Shown one piece after another: positions 28,311 through 41,103 of a DNA stretch of 64,000 bases; the first letter of the stretch is position 1; every line of letters begins with the position of its first letter. The DNA lies in NCBI GenBank assembly GCA_950097015.1, contig CATNEN010000009.1:558001-622000 (forward strand), in the 5' to 3' direction. A program made the position numbers and the translations under genes. The stretch is from Macrostomum hystrix (Eukaryota; Animalia; Platyhelminthes). Under the pieces are notes generated by a model that saw nothing but the letters and a program-made list of their open reading frames with translations, had not been told where the DNA came from and searched no databases.

Positions 28311-30495
28311 CTTACTACTTACTTACTACTGGCGGGGGGCGAGACGCCGCGAATAGGCCGCGAGGCCCCTATCGCAACCCCAAGGTAAAAGGAAGGTGGC
28401 CTCAGCCTTGGGGGTGCGCCCACCCCACGCCAGCAGTCGGCAGGTTCGCCGGGGAGGCGTCGGCGACCTTCATCCGGCCGGTGTCACGGACGAAGGCGCG
28501 AAGGTCTCGGATGTTGTCCGGAGTGGTCAGTTCGTCCATCCCTTGCGGGTGGCCGAGGTGCCAGTTGCGCGCCTTATCGAAGTAGGGGCAGAATGTCACG
28601 TGATGCGCAGCGGTTTCTTTACCTATGCCACAGAAGGGACAGGTGGGGGAGCAGCCAGTTTGTAGCGAAATGTGTCTCTGGAAGAAGCCATGGCCCGTGA
28701 TGACCATGCACATCTCCCTGAGGTCAGTTCTATTAAGTGAAATCAAAAAGTCAGAGACTTTTCGGTTAATGATCGGCATGGCCATACGGGTCTGCCTATA
28801 GTCGGTGCAGCTACTCCAGTGGAGCTGGTGTTGCTGATTTAGCCACCTGTCAACAGTGCGGTTGATGAGGGATTTAGGTACCGGTACCCTGATCGGGCGG
28901 TGGTTGTTGTCCGGGTTGCTGCCATCCTTGGCGAGTTTGTCCGCGAGTTCGTTGCCAAGGATGTTGCTGTGGCCTGGGATCCAGATTAGGCTGATCCTGT
29001 TAAGGACCGCGAGTGACTGCAGGTCTCGGTGGCAGTCAGAGACCGTCCGAGTGGAGAGTTTGACGGCAGACAGAGCCTTGAGGGCGGCTTGACTGTCAGA
29101 ATAGATGCAGATGTTGAATCTGCTGACGTTGGCATTGAGGAGGTGTTTGGCGCATTGGTTAATGGCGTAGATTTCGGCTTGGAAGACCGACGTGTTCTCA
29201 CCAAGGTGAAGGCTCTCCTGAAGGAGCGCCTTACCCTCATGGAAGATGGCAATGCCTGCTCCGGCTAGGCCGTTGCTCAGCGAGCCATCGGTAAAGCAGT
29301 GGATACCCTGGCTGCGCTGGTTTACGCCGACGTCCAGCTGAGTGCTACCACGGTCAGGGATGACGGCGCTAAAACCCCTCCTGAGGATGAGGGAGGGAGG
29401 CTGGCTATCCACATCGTTGGGGTCGATGTGGATGTGTGCAAGGTCACGGCGGACATAGTCCAGATGCGGAATGAGAGATTTGTCAGGAATAAATCCGGTT
29501 GGCGTATTCTTAATGGATTTATCGCAGATAAGCCGGTAGGCGCACTTCATAGCCTCCGCCCTAATAAACAAATAGAGCGGAGGCATGTTTAAGATAGTAT
29601 TAAGGCCCTCGTATGGGGTGGAGGGGTACGCACCTGCAATGGCACGGCAGATGCTGCCCTGCAGCTGGTAGAGTCGGTCGCGGGCGGTTTTCTGTTCCAG
29701 TACGCTGGACCAGATGAGGCTCGCATACGTAATACTCGGTCTAATGATACCGGTGTAGATCCAGCGGACCGTTCTCGGGGTGAGGCCCCAGGTCGGTCCA
29801 ATGGCCCTACGAACTTGGGCGAAGCAGCGTTTTGCTCGTCCGATGATGTTTCCAAGGTGTTTTGTCCAGCGCAGATCGTGCGTGAGCGTTACACCTAGGT
29901 ACTTGGTTTCCTTTTCGAAAGGGATGTTCCTACCATACATGGTGAGGTTTTGCATGTCCCACTTACGTTTTCGAGTGAAGACAATTGCTACCGTCTTGGT
30001 GACGCTGATTTTGAGGCCATGCTGGGTGGCCCAGTTTCCTGCCTTGTTGGCGAATTGCTGTAGCAGGTTACGCAGGGTGCTGGTGTCTGGCCCGCTGACC
30101 ACCGCGGCGACGTCATCGGCATAGCCGGCCCTGGTGACACTGCTAGGTACATCAGCCGTCAGGAGCTCGTCCATGACGAGGTTCCAGAGCAGCGGGGTAA
30201 GCACACCGCCCTGGGCGCCACCTTTCATCACTGCGCGGGTGCAGGTGATGTTCATGAGCGTGGAGGTAACGGATCTGTTGCGGATCATGAAGTCGATCCA
30301 GCGAGTTATGCTGGGTCTGACGCCTCTGTCTGAAAGGGTATCTCTGAAGGAGCCAAAGTTGACGTTGTCAAAGGCCCCTTCGATATCAACAAACAGCCCG
30401 AGAGCGAGTTGCTTGCTAAGGATGGCTTTCTCAATAGCAGAAGTAATAACATGGAGCGCGTGCTCGGTAGTTTTACCAGGTTGGAAAGCGAACTG
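28311..30495 (-). mobile_element. 5'-truncated non-LTR retrotransposon, RT + RNase H + C-terminal zinc knuckle (R1/LOA-like, I group)
   Basis: Uninterrupted frame from [14 protein letters not shown] (30495) through [34 protein letters not shown], RNase H FTDGS/VFQAE/YSDSQ/WIPGH..GNELAD and [14 protein letters not shown] to a stop at 28402. The 3' tail is AGTA/AGT repeats (28311-28330). Confidence 0.95.
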
Positions 30496-30531
30496 GTACT
30501 TACTAATGGGTAAGTACCTAAAATTACTAAT

Positions 30532-31026
30532 TTTATTTTATGTATATAATTTTAAAAATGTTTATAGGTTTATTATAATGTTTATGTTTATTTTCTGAAG
30601 AGCATGGTCAATGATCTTAAGGGTACAGCTATACTTCTGTTTTCTGTTATATTGTCTTGGATTGTATTCATCTCCATATGTCTTAGTAATAACTAACTTA
30701 AGAACACTTCAATGTATTAATAGAACATTGATTTCTCAGCAATCCTCTAGTTTTGCATATTTAATTAAAGTTTACTTGATAACAAAAAGTTTAACAACTT
30801 ATTTTAATAAAATATATAAACAATTATTAACAACCAACAAGCCACTTATATCAGAATTTTAGGGCCCTGCATATATAACTCTCCAATCTGAATGTTTGCA
30901 ATAGTTTAGACAGGCTGGTCACAGCAAACTGTGAAGGCTCTTTAGGTCAGCATCATATGCAAAGTGCAACCAGTTGGTTGGGGCTTATGTCAGTGGGCTT
31001 TGAATGCTATGCTTGTGCCTCAGGTA
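30532..31026. repeat. 495-bp direct repeat, copy 2 (right flank of the LINE)
   Basis: See copy 1. Both copies end ...GCCTCAGGTA. Confidence 0.95.
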
Positions 31027-31771
31027 GCGACACAATGTGCTACATCTACAATATTAGGTGAAAGTTAAGGACTGGGATGTAGGCTTGCCTCATCTGGTCT
31101 CAAGATTTCAGCAGCTCAGGGTGTAGCGCATCATCCATTTACTGCTTACCTGTGTTAGTTGACTGTTGTGTATACATTTAAATATTTGAATGGATTTGTG
31201 TGAGTATTTTGTAAGTATAAAATAAATGTATGCTGAAGAGAAACAAGCTAGGCTAGCATAAGGATTTAGGACTGGTGTAGCAAATATATAGTAAGTATGC
31301 AGTTAAAAATTTTAAACATTACTACACAAAGACTGTTTTGGGATATATCATTGGGCTATAGTTGGGCTATAGCCAGTACCAGTAGCTAGCTTTTTCAAGT
31401 ATTCTGCATAAAATAAAAAGCTACAGAAAATTAATTTTATGTATTCAAGCTCATAGCTTTGGGCCAAAACAATTTGTAACTTTTTTATTTTGGAATATAT
31501 ATATATGATTTCTTTTTATTTACAAAATTCATTCAGTTGTTTTCTGTGTAAATAAATACAACATATCTTTGTGTATCTAATTCAGCTTTCCATTTGCATA
31601 GCAGACATGCAAATACTAGATTTTTTGTTATACCTTAATATGTAATTTAAGAAATGCTATTTTGACATTGTAATACTTTCTGACAGCGATTTACTTGAAT
31701 AAAGTTAGTATTTTCGCAAGGATAATATCTATTTTAATTTTTACTTTTTTACTTTTCGTGAAATTCTTCAG

Positions 31772-34250
31772 GCCAGCAACAGCGAGTCTGCCTACAGCCC
31801 CAGCCACCCCACTGATGATGGGGTCGACGAGGCTTGCGACCCGGTAGGCAAGGAGTTGTCGGACAATCATGAACAAGCCGGACTCGCTGACGTCACGGAA
31901 CAGGTTAATCACCACCACTGCGCCACGCCCGACGTCGAGACGGCAGAGGCGGGCAATGAGAAGAGGCCAGCTGGTGTCGACGCTGAGGGCGACGTTGGAA
32001 ATGCCAGCGAAGGCGGCGGCGGCGGCAGCAGCCGGAAGCGACGCCGCCACCGCAGCGGCAGCCGGCGACGATCTCGTCGATCGAGGTCCCGCTCCCGGGG
32101 CAGTCGAGAAGGCAAAGGCGGCAGCCGGCGGGACCGCAAAGACGTCGAGGCTGATGCCGAGGATGGCGAAAGGCGCCACCACAGGCGCAAGCGGTCACGT
32201 GATCGGCGCCGCTCCTCGCGCGAAGCGAAGGCTGCCTCCGAAGAGAAGGAAGGCACCCCTGCCAACACTGACGCTGATGCGAAACTCGAAAAAGAGGGCG
32301 CAGAAAATGGTGCCGAGGCCTCCAGGGATCGCCGGCGCCACAACCGTCAGCGCTCGAGGTCGCGGTCTCGCTCGGAACACCGTGGCAGCCGGCGGCGCCA
32401 CCGCTCGCCGAAGTCGCGAAGCCCAACTGGCCGTCAAGAACGATCCCGCGACAGATCCCGCGAACGGGATCGAGAGCGCGACAGAGACCGCGACAGGGAC
32501 CGGGATCGAGATCGGGATCGCCGCGGTCGCCGGCGGAGGTCCAGGTCTCGGTCAAGAACGCCAGTCCAGCAGCAGCATGCTCCCCAGCAGTTGCAGGCTG
32601 ATGATCGAGAGCGAACTCCAGTGCGGGACGAGCGGAATAACCGCAACCGACGCTGGTCGCCAGATCCGGCTAGGGGTGGCCGCGTCGGCCACAACGGCTT
32701 GGAGCCGTCAGCTGAGATCGCCGCCCAGCTGCTGCGGGAGGCCGACATGAAGGCTGCGCAGTCCCGCCCGCATCAGCCTCCTCCTCCTCCGCCGCCGCCG
32801 GCGCCTCCCCAGTCCTCTGTGCCCACCCCCGTGTCCTCCATGCAGCCTGGCTTTGCGGGTGGCGCTGTCGGTTTCGGCGTTCGGCCGCTCTTTATGCAAT
32901 CCGGACCTGCTGGCCACTTTCAGCATCATGGAATGCCTCATCAACACCATGGCCTGCGACCGCCTCCGCCCCCGCCGACAATGCCCCCGATGTCGCAGCA
33001 AGGCTTGATGTCCGTACGGCCGCCACTACCGCCGTCGGCTTACAACATGCCACCCGCCGCATTTGCAGCTTTACGCGCCGCGCAGCAGCCGCCAAATCAA
33101 GCGGTCAGCATTGGCATGGGCGGGCCACTACTCCACCTGCCTGGCATGCCGTCAAGGTTCTCCGCACCGCCTCCAGGCATGCAGCCCCACCAGCCGCCGC
33201 CCCCGATGCCAGCAACGCAGCTACAGCATCAGCATCAACATAACCAGCAGCAGAGGTCTCAGCCGCCGCCACCGCCGCCACCCCCTCCGCCCTCAACGCA
33301 GCCACAGCAGCACCAGCGGCCTCCGCCGCCTCCTCCACCACCACAGTATCAGCCGAGCCTGATGGACACCCTGGCCATGCAGGCGGGCATTCCTACGCCG
33401 ACCACCACCTCGACCGCGGCCTCCGCAACCTCTGACGGCACTCAGCAGCCAGCCCAGGAATCGTCGATTCAACACATCCAGCAGTTGCTGTCATCTACCG
33501 CCTCTAACATCCTTAGCAACATCCTGAAAAAGCAGCAGCAGGTGCCGCCACCGCCGCCTCCACCGGCGTCGCTGCCGCAACCGTCGCCGCCGAAGCACCC
33601 TGAGCTGGCGGCGCCCCCGCCAGTCGAGTCTGTCCGGTTCAGCCTGCCGCCAATGCCCACCCCGGAGCAAATGCAGGCCAAACGAGGTGGCCCCCCTGCT
33701 GGCCACGGCGCCAGCACCAAGGCTGCCTCTGGCGTGGGAGGCGGTAAGGCGGCTCGACAGCCGCGTGGTGACGCTAACGAGTCAGCCGCTGCGTCAGACG
33801 CGCCGGACCCGAAGCTGGCGGCGCTGCTGGCCAAGACTAGGCGGGAGCAGTTCGCTAACAAAGCGGACTGGCAGGAGCGAATCGCTGCCGAAGTCAAGCT
33901 GACGCTGCGGCCTCTATACACGGCCAGGCGGATTGACAAGACCGACTACAAGGAGATCCTCAAGAAGGCCGTCACCAAGGTAAGCCGGAAAGCTGGTTTT
34001 GAAGTCGGGTGACAAAGTCACAAGTTAATTGTCAGCTGTAGATTAGTGCTTGAAAATGCCCCACTTGCTAATGCCAGTAGTGCACTGAGAACATGAATGT
34101 GCTGGCTCTACTCTACAGATCTCGCGCAGCAACGCGCAGGACGTGCAGCCGGATAAGACCCGCGAGTTCGTCACGACCTATGCCGACAAGATGGCCCGCG
34201 CCAAGAAGCACGAGATGCGGCGCAGCCAGGTGGTGTCCTCCAGCGACTGA
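31772..34250 (+). CDS. RS-rich/Pro-rich CTD-associated factor with a C-terminal SRI-like domain (SCAF1/SCAF11/PHRF1-like), 3' exons
   Basis: Exon 31772-33979 (acceptor TTCAG|GCC; RS/RD dipeptides, polyP, WQERIAAEVKLTLRPLYTARRIDKTDYKEILKKAVTK) splices to 34119-34250 (ISRS..VQPDKTREFVTTYADK). This C-terminus is typical of the SCAF11/PHRF1 group. 5' exons were not found. Confidence 0.8.
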
Positions 34251-35574
34251 GCCACGGACCGACTGAGCAGTGTCCTGTGCCTGTCATGCGTCACCAGTTT
34301 TTAGCAGTTGTTTTCGCACAAAACCCGCGTCGCGTTTGTTCGTGCTACTATTAGTAATACCGATGTTACATTATAAGACTCTGCAGTCCCTAGGCCTGTA
34401 TATACTTGTGTGTAGCAACTCAACCGTTGCTAGCAGCTTGCATTGATCTTTTTATAACTGTTTGTACCTTTGCTTTGTGTTCCCCAGTTCGGACCCAGCC
34501 TTCTGTATGCTAACTAATTCGCTTTAGTCTTTTGGTTACTCCTAACTTTTGTAAGTTTGAACTTATTTTTTTCATCATTTCTCCGTGACAAATCACGTGT
34601 GATGAGGTCTTCGGTTAAGCATTCTGACCCCGAGAGTTACTTCTGCGCTGTCTATCCGATTCGCTATTGTAAGTGCTATTTTGTAGTCGAGTATTGCATC
34701 CGCCGCTTGTCCCTTCCAGAGTGAGTTGGCAGCTCAAAATCAGATCCAGTTCACTGCCTTTCCAAATCCGCAATTCAACAGTGTTGAAGCTGAATAATTA
34801 ATGTGTGCTCGGGGTCCGGCACAAGCTGCTGTTTCGGGGCAGCCGCACTGAAAGCCGATTTAACACAAGAACAACTTGGTCTGAACAGTCTTTATTTATT
34901 GATTTTATTGTCTTGTTGACCAAATTTAGCATCTCAGCCTTCCGTGTCATCTGGCCTTCGCCTGGGTCGTGCGTATAAATAATTTTAACCAGTGGCACCT
35001 GCTGACTATACACACGTATGTACCCTGATGAAATTCTGATGAATGAACTCCACTCACTGCAGTATCTACTATTGGTGGACCTCGCCAGCTACTATCGCTA
35101 GATTGTTAACAGCTACATTGTTAAATGTTGATGTTGAGTTGCAAATCCTTGTATTCTGTATCAGCGAATACATGTAAATTTTCAATTATTGCTGGCTTCA
35201 GAATTAACAGCTGCACTCTCTAGACCAAAGGGTGCTTTTAAACAGCTTCATACGAGATAATTTACTTTGAAACCACAAGAAAGCAAGTTGCGTCGGGACA
35301 GTTTTTGACGAAGCACAAAAATGTTCATCGGTACGAACATAACACAGTGGCACAAGGAGATCTGCTCTCCACAGGTAATCTAACGGCTTTATTGTTCTCA
35401 ATTCTGCATCGCTCGAAAAATTAGACTGACGTGCTTGTATAAGTACAAGCAGGTGCGTAAGTAGGTGCCACAAATAAAACTAATCCTTTTTTAGTATAGC
35501 AGAAGCTAGTCAAAAGTTATTACACAATTCCAGCATGCAACCAATCGTAAATCCCCAATTATCAACGATACGAG

Positions 35575-35933
35575 ATTAAAATTGTTTATACATTTTGAAA
35601 CGATAGCAATTTCTTACGAACTGCAAGACACGCTATAATATAATCAAAAATGAAAATATTAATTAAAATTGTTTATACATTTTGAAACGATAGCAATTTC
35701 TTACGAACTGCAAGACACGCTATAATATAATCAAAAATGAAAATATTAATTAAAATTGTTTATACATTTTGAAACGATAGCAATTTCTTACGAACTGCAA
35801 GACACGCTATAATATAATCAAAAATGAAAATATTAATTAAAATTGTTTATACATTTTGAAACGATAGCAATTTCTTACGAACTGCAAGACACGCTATAAT
35901 ATAATCAAAAATGAAAATATTAATTAAAATTGT
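35575..35933. repeat. 87-bp AT-rich tandem repeat, 4 copies
   Basis: ATTGTTTATACATTTTG recurs at 35581, 35668, 35755 and 35842. Confidence 0.95.
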
Positions 35934-36646
35934 CAACAGGTTTGTGAAATAGAAACTCCTTTCTGAAGTCAACATACAACTGTAGTTTGCATAGACAGAC
36001 TGTTGTACGTGTACAAACATGCGACTCTCATTGTACCGACACCAATTTCCTGGATGGTTAGTGCATTTAGTGCATGTACTCACGAGAAGACGTGGGAGAA
36101 ATTCACTGCACAGTTAGGCGCTCTTCTGTGTAGACCTCAAAGAGAAGCAGATCTCCGCATTCCATCTTCGTTTCTCCATCGACCGTTGCAGAGGATGCTA
36201 TGCGTTGAAACAAAAGCCACAACTTTCTTTTACTACTTACCCCAGCGCACCTTCATATACCTCAGCATGTTGATGGTCTTGACCGAACTTTTCTGTTGCG
36301 GCTGCCTGCTTTAGCACTTCTGTTGACGGAGAGAGGAGTAAATTTTGTTTGGTGTTGGTTTTTGTTGCTTCGTGTCTTTATTTTCTCTCTTTGTCTTCTC
36401 TTCGCGGTTGAATCCGTTGGATCATCTGCGAGAAGTTGTTGACATGTGTGCCGTAGGATCAGAATATTGTTTATAGATTTTCTGTGACCCTGGAATTTTT
36501 CGATCGCCACAAAGCTCAGGTGGTTGATGACTGTGAGAATGACTTCAACTATTTGGTTTATACGTTGTTCAATTATAATTGCTCTTCTTCTGCACCACTT
36601 CATCATTTTCATCATTATCTGGCTCATCCTCTTCATCGTCATTGCA

Positions 36647-39600
36647 TTATTCCTGGCTATCACACACGGGGTCCAATTTCAACGGATTGCTTAGAGATTC
36701 TAGTCTTTCCAATAGAAATTCCGCTGTCCGATCATCTTCAGCGTTCAGCCCGGCCACTACCAACTCCTGTGCGTCCGCATCCTCTCGCGCAGCAACATCA
36801 AGATCCAGTCCTGAGCTTTGTGGCGCTGGAAAAAATATTCTGGGCACAACTGAAGCCGCAAAGCCCAAAGCAGTGCATCAAAATTGATGTAGAACTGATT
36901 TCTGTACACCGGAATTTGCATTGGGAAGCATTCGGCCACGACACCTGTCACGAAGGAGAACTCCGGGCGCTTTTCAAGCTGGAAGCAGAATTTCCAAGCT
37001 GAGTCCCTACAGACGAGATGCCGCCACACAAAGTCTGTCGTGGCCTCACTAGCCAGTCTCTCCGTGGGCCACACTATGTATCGGCTCACACGGCAGTCAC
37101 TGCAGTTTCGCAAAATTCTCTCAGCTGTTCCTCGGGTGTCAAACTTGAGACAAGCCAGTGCTCTTAGAGACTCCCGAGCCGACATTGCGCAGTCCGGAAG
37201 TCTACCAAGCAGTTCTGCGAGAGACTCCTTCGAGTTTGGACTACAGTCTCCATGGAAGAGGCGTTGAACCGACTCGAGCACCACATCATAGATCTCGTGG
37301 TATTCTAAATTGCTAGCTGTGGACACAGGTTTCAAATCCATGTACGGCAGGACTTGAAACGGATGGAAATAGAATCGCCCCAATTTATCCAGAGGTTTTA
37401 GATTGCTCTTAAAATTCATCAGCTACTGAGAAAGAATTCGGATGACTTCTTTCAGTGTGCTTGCAATGGAGCTGAGTGTCTCTTCCATGGTTTCGTCTCG
37501 ATGGCCTGAGCCCTTAAGATACGAGCTATAATGCTGCATCAGACAGGAAGAAATGGGTCATGATTCGACCATGAAGATTGTCAGGGGTGCGGCTGCTGTC
37601 CACAAGTCAAGCAACATTTTCAGCGATTGTCTTGTAAGGCTCACGAGATTCTCAGGCCTCCATTGCTCTGCTGGTGTATCTTCAAGCATTCTGCTTTCAG
37701 AAGACCGTCTTCACGTGGTATGACCTTAGGCCTTGTTCGTCAAAGAAATCTTCGTTGCAAATGACCTTCTTGACAAGATACTTTAGTGTGATAAAGAGCT
37801 GGCCTTGAACCGTGGTGAGACTCCGCAGAAGCCGCTTTTCCAGAAGGTTCGTGCTCACCCGAAAGTGCAGTGCTGTAAAGCCTTGAACATTTTCACTCAA
37901 GCTGGTGTCAGGCTCCCGATCTAATGAGTGCATTAACAGCTTTTCCATTGCCAGAAATTGAAGCACAATGAATAGGTAAAAAGCCATTAATACTCCCTTG
38001 AATATTCACTTCAGCTTGTGCCTTTATAAGCAAGTTTATCATCTCGGCACTCCCTTCATGCGCCGCAATGTGAAGTGGACTCAAGCCGGTGAGCTTCTCC
38101 CGAAGGTTTACATCAGCGCAGAAGTTAACCATTGATTCGACAACTTGGCATTGATGAAATCGCAATGCAAGGTGAAGAGGCGACGCGCCGAGTTTTTTTT
38201 TACTGTGCGTTGGTATCAGCATGAGCTTCGAGCAGTAATCTGACCAGATTTCGCTGACCCATACGAGATGCCAGGTGCAGAGGTGTTTCGCCAAAGATTC
38301 TATCCCAAGTGTCTACAACTGATTGAGGTTTAATTAGAGAGCAAACTCCACTTTGAAAATTTTTCTGCACCGCATCATGAAGACGTGAGTTGCCAGAGCC
38401 ATCCAGGAGACTGACATCGGCATTTGCTTTAATAAGCGAGTCCAAGACCTCCTGATGACCAAAAAATGCCGCAAAATGAAGTGCTGACTTTCCATCGAAT
38501 GTCCGATGATTTAAGTCTGCCTGCCCGTTGATAATAATCTTGACTGCCTCTTGGTGTTCTAATTTCGATGCCATATGGAGCGCTGAAATACCGCAGGAGT
38601 CTTCGTGAATATTTGCGTCAGCTCTTGCCCCAATAAGCACTTTGCAGATTTTCAGGTGCCCCAACAACACTGCGATAAGAAGTGGTGAGCAACCAGAATA
38701 GTTTTGCAGATTAACGTCTACCTGAGCTCGAATCAGAGTACGGACAGTGTTGCCGTCCCCTCGAGTTGCTGCTATGTGAAGAGCTGTCATTCCAGAATTA
38801 CTTTCTTGAATGTCAATGTCAGCATAGGCTTTGATAAGCTCGCCAACCTGCTGTACTGAACTGCGACTCGATGCGATGTGCAATGGTTGAACACCTGTAG
38901 CTCTCTCTCTTAAGTTAATATCCGCGCGAGCATTTAGTAGAGAATCAACAACACCATTATGGCTGTTCTGCAGTGCGATATGCAGCGGAGTCAGTCCGTG
39001 TATGCCATCCTGAATGTCAACGTCAGCATGACCGCTGATAAGCAGGTCCGTCACCAGTTTATTACCAATCCGAGATGCCATGTGGAGCGGCGCGCTGTTC
39101 TGCATTCTTTCTTTTATGTCTGGGTTGGCCTGAGACTTTGTAAGAAAGCCCACCACACGGAGCTGACCAAATAATGATGCTATGTAGAGGGGCGAAGAAC
39201 CGGACATTGTTTCCAGAATGTCCACATTAGCTTGAGCTTTGATAAGCGACTCGACAACTCTATGGTGACCGTTCTGACATGCCATGTAAAGAAGAGAGAA
39301 GCCAGACTTGACAGGAAGATTGAAGTCAGCTTGGGCTTGGATGAGAGACTCCACGATTTGCACATTCCCATTACTCGAAGCGATGTACAGCGGAGTCTCG
39401 CTATTGCTGGCCTGTTGGTCAGCAAATGCACCTGCCCTCAGCAGCATCTTGACTGAGTCCAGCCTCTCCAGAGAGCACGCCAGGTTCAGTGGGAAATTAC
39501 AAATTCCGTCGAACTCACAGGCTTCGTTGACGCTCACTCCTGCATCCAGACATCGCTGAATGGTGGCGACATCCCCATCTGCCAGGCACGCATGAAGTCC

Positions 39601-39660
39601 TTCTGACTGTGAGGCGGCGAGTCCCTGACATCGTCCTGAGTCCTTGCGGCGCTCTGCATT
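36647..39660 (-). pseudogene. Intronless ankyrin-repeat + Mab-21 C-lobe (cGAS-like receptor family) pseudogene
   Basis: About 17 ankyrin repeats (ORFs 39537-38200, 38294-37908), then FRVSTNLLEKRLLRSL..LKYLVKKV..GLRSYHVKTVF, .MLEDTPAEQWRPENL and IMTHFFL, which match the Mab-21 helical lobe. There are several stops or frameshifts (~38200, ~37910, 37697, ~37590, ~37527, 37423 and further 3'). Confidence 0.8.
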
Positions 39661-39986
39661 AGACAGATAAGAAGTGTCCTGAGAATGCCTAGCAGCGTCA
39701 TGTTTTACCGTTTTTATCGCTTATTTTCACTAAAAAAGATAAGATCAGCAATAAAAAAGCAATGCTTGTATATTTCTGAATAATGTTTCCCGCTGTCCCA
39801 ATGCTTTAGAGAAAAAATCGCAGTTATAACCCATCCTTCCCATTACTGATTGGCTGAGCAGCCAAGACCAATGACTTCCTACCTGTCTTGCTAAGGAGAC
39901 ACCCAAGGACAACTGAAGTTACGTTATACGAGATGTTGGTATATGTACGTTATATACGAAGAATATTCTACTTCAGTCATCCTTGG

Positions 39987-40187
39987 AGAAACCCTAACTG
40001 TGCTAATATAAGTAGTGTCTATTGCATAGCGGTTTGGAATGGTAAAACTGGTAGAAACCCCAACTGTGCTAATATAAGTAGTGTCTATTGCATAGCGGTT
40101 TGGAATGGTAAAACTGGTAGAAACCCCAACTGTGCTAATATAAGTAGTGTCTATTGCATAGCGGTTTGTAATGGTAAAACTGGTAGA
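39987..40187. repeat. 66-bp tandem repeat, 3 copies
   Basis: ACCC(T/C)AACTGTGCTAATATAAGTAGTG recurs at 39991, 40057 and 40123. Confidence 0.95.
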
Positions 40188-41103
40188 TGTATATTTTCAC
40201 ACACAATAAGGATGAATTTTTCAAGTGTGTGACAAATTTAAGATTAATAATCAGCATAGATTAGCTTGCAATTGGAATTCGATATTTTTATTTAGCGTCT
40301 ATTATTAGTAAACAGCGGAAATGCCGGAAAACAAACGCATTAAACAATGCGTGAGGCAGGTTCTCTTCAGCCCGGCAAGGCCAGTGTATCCAGTCAGTGC
40401 GGGTACTTGCGGCAGATCCGCTTGTCCGTGGTGCTGCAGATCCGAGTATCGTCAAAGTAATGCGCTGCGCTCTGCAAGAAGCTCTCCGTGTCATGCTGTT
40501 CGGCCTGGAAAATGCCTGGCAGCGATGGTAAAAATCGGTTCTCTTGATTTTATGCATGCAAAGCTTGACTTTGGGTTGGTCCTCATGGGCACAATTCCAT
40601 ACAATGCCTTAACAAAGACCAGGCTACTTTCGCCTTGGGTAAGACCACTGGGATATTTCAAATACCCACTGCCTACTTCACGACAGCTCCCAAACCAAAT
40701 GACCGATTTGCGTGTCCACCATTTGGATCAAAAGTTTCCTCCCTTTAAGATGAATTTACTTTCAGAACCGTCTGAGTCAGCATCGTACACCCCGACGAGA
40801 ATCTTTGAATTCCGTGTATGCCTAGGAATTATAATAACATAATAACTATGTTTGTGATTCTGGAAGCTGTTTCATCGATTAGAGCGGAAAATTTTAGCCC
40901 GATTTCTGGATATTCATGGATATTGGCTGAATATTTTGCGAGATGCAGAAAAAAGAAAAAAATCTGGGTATTTAAAATACCCCCTGGACTTTTTACTGCT
41001 AAGTCTCCTGACCGTTCTACTTGGGATCTTGCAGTGGATGCGAGCCTAGGGCTACTATTACACCAGAGTCAGACCATCGCCCGCTCCGTCTGCCGGGAAA
41101 GAA

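Noticed and set aside
31691-33939. Many overlapping antisense or alternate-frame ORFs over the SCAF-like exon (likewise over TRPC, LINE and F-box)
   Set aside because: Shadows of GC-rich low-complexity coding sequence.
34798-36480. Short ORFs 3' of the ANK-Mab21 pseudogene as a transposase remnant
   Set aside because: No DDE, YR or Rep/helicase motifs recognisable by eye.
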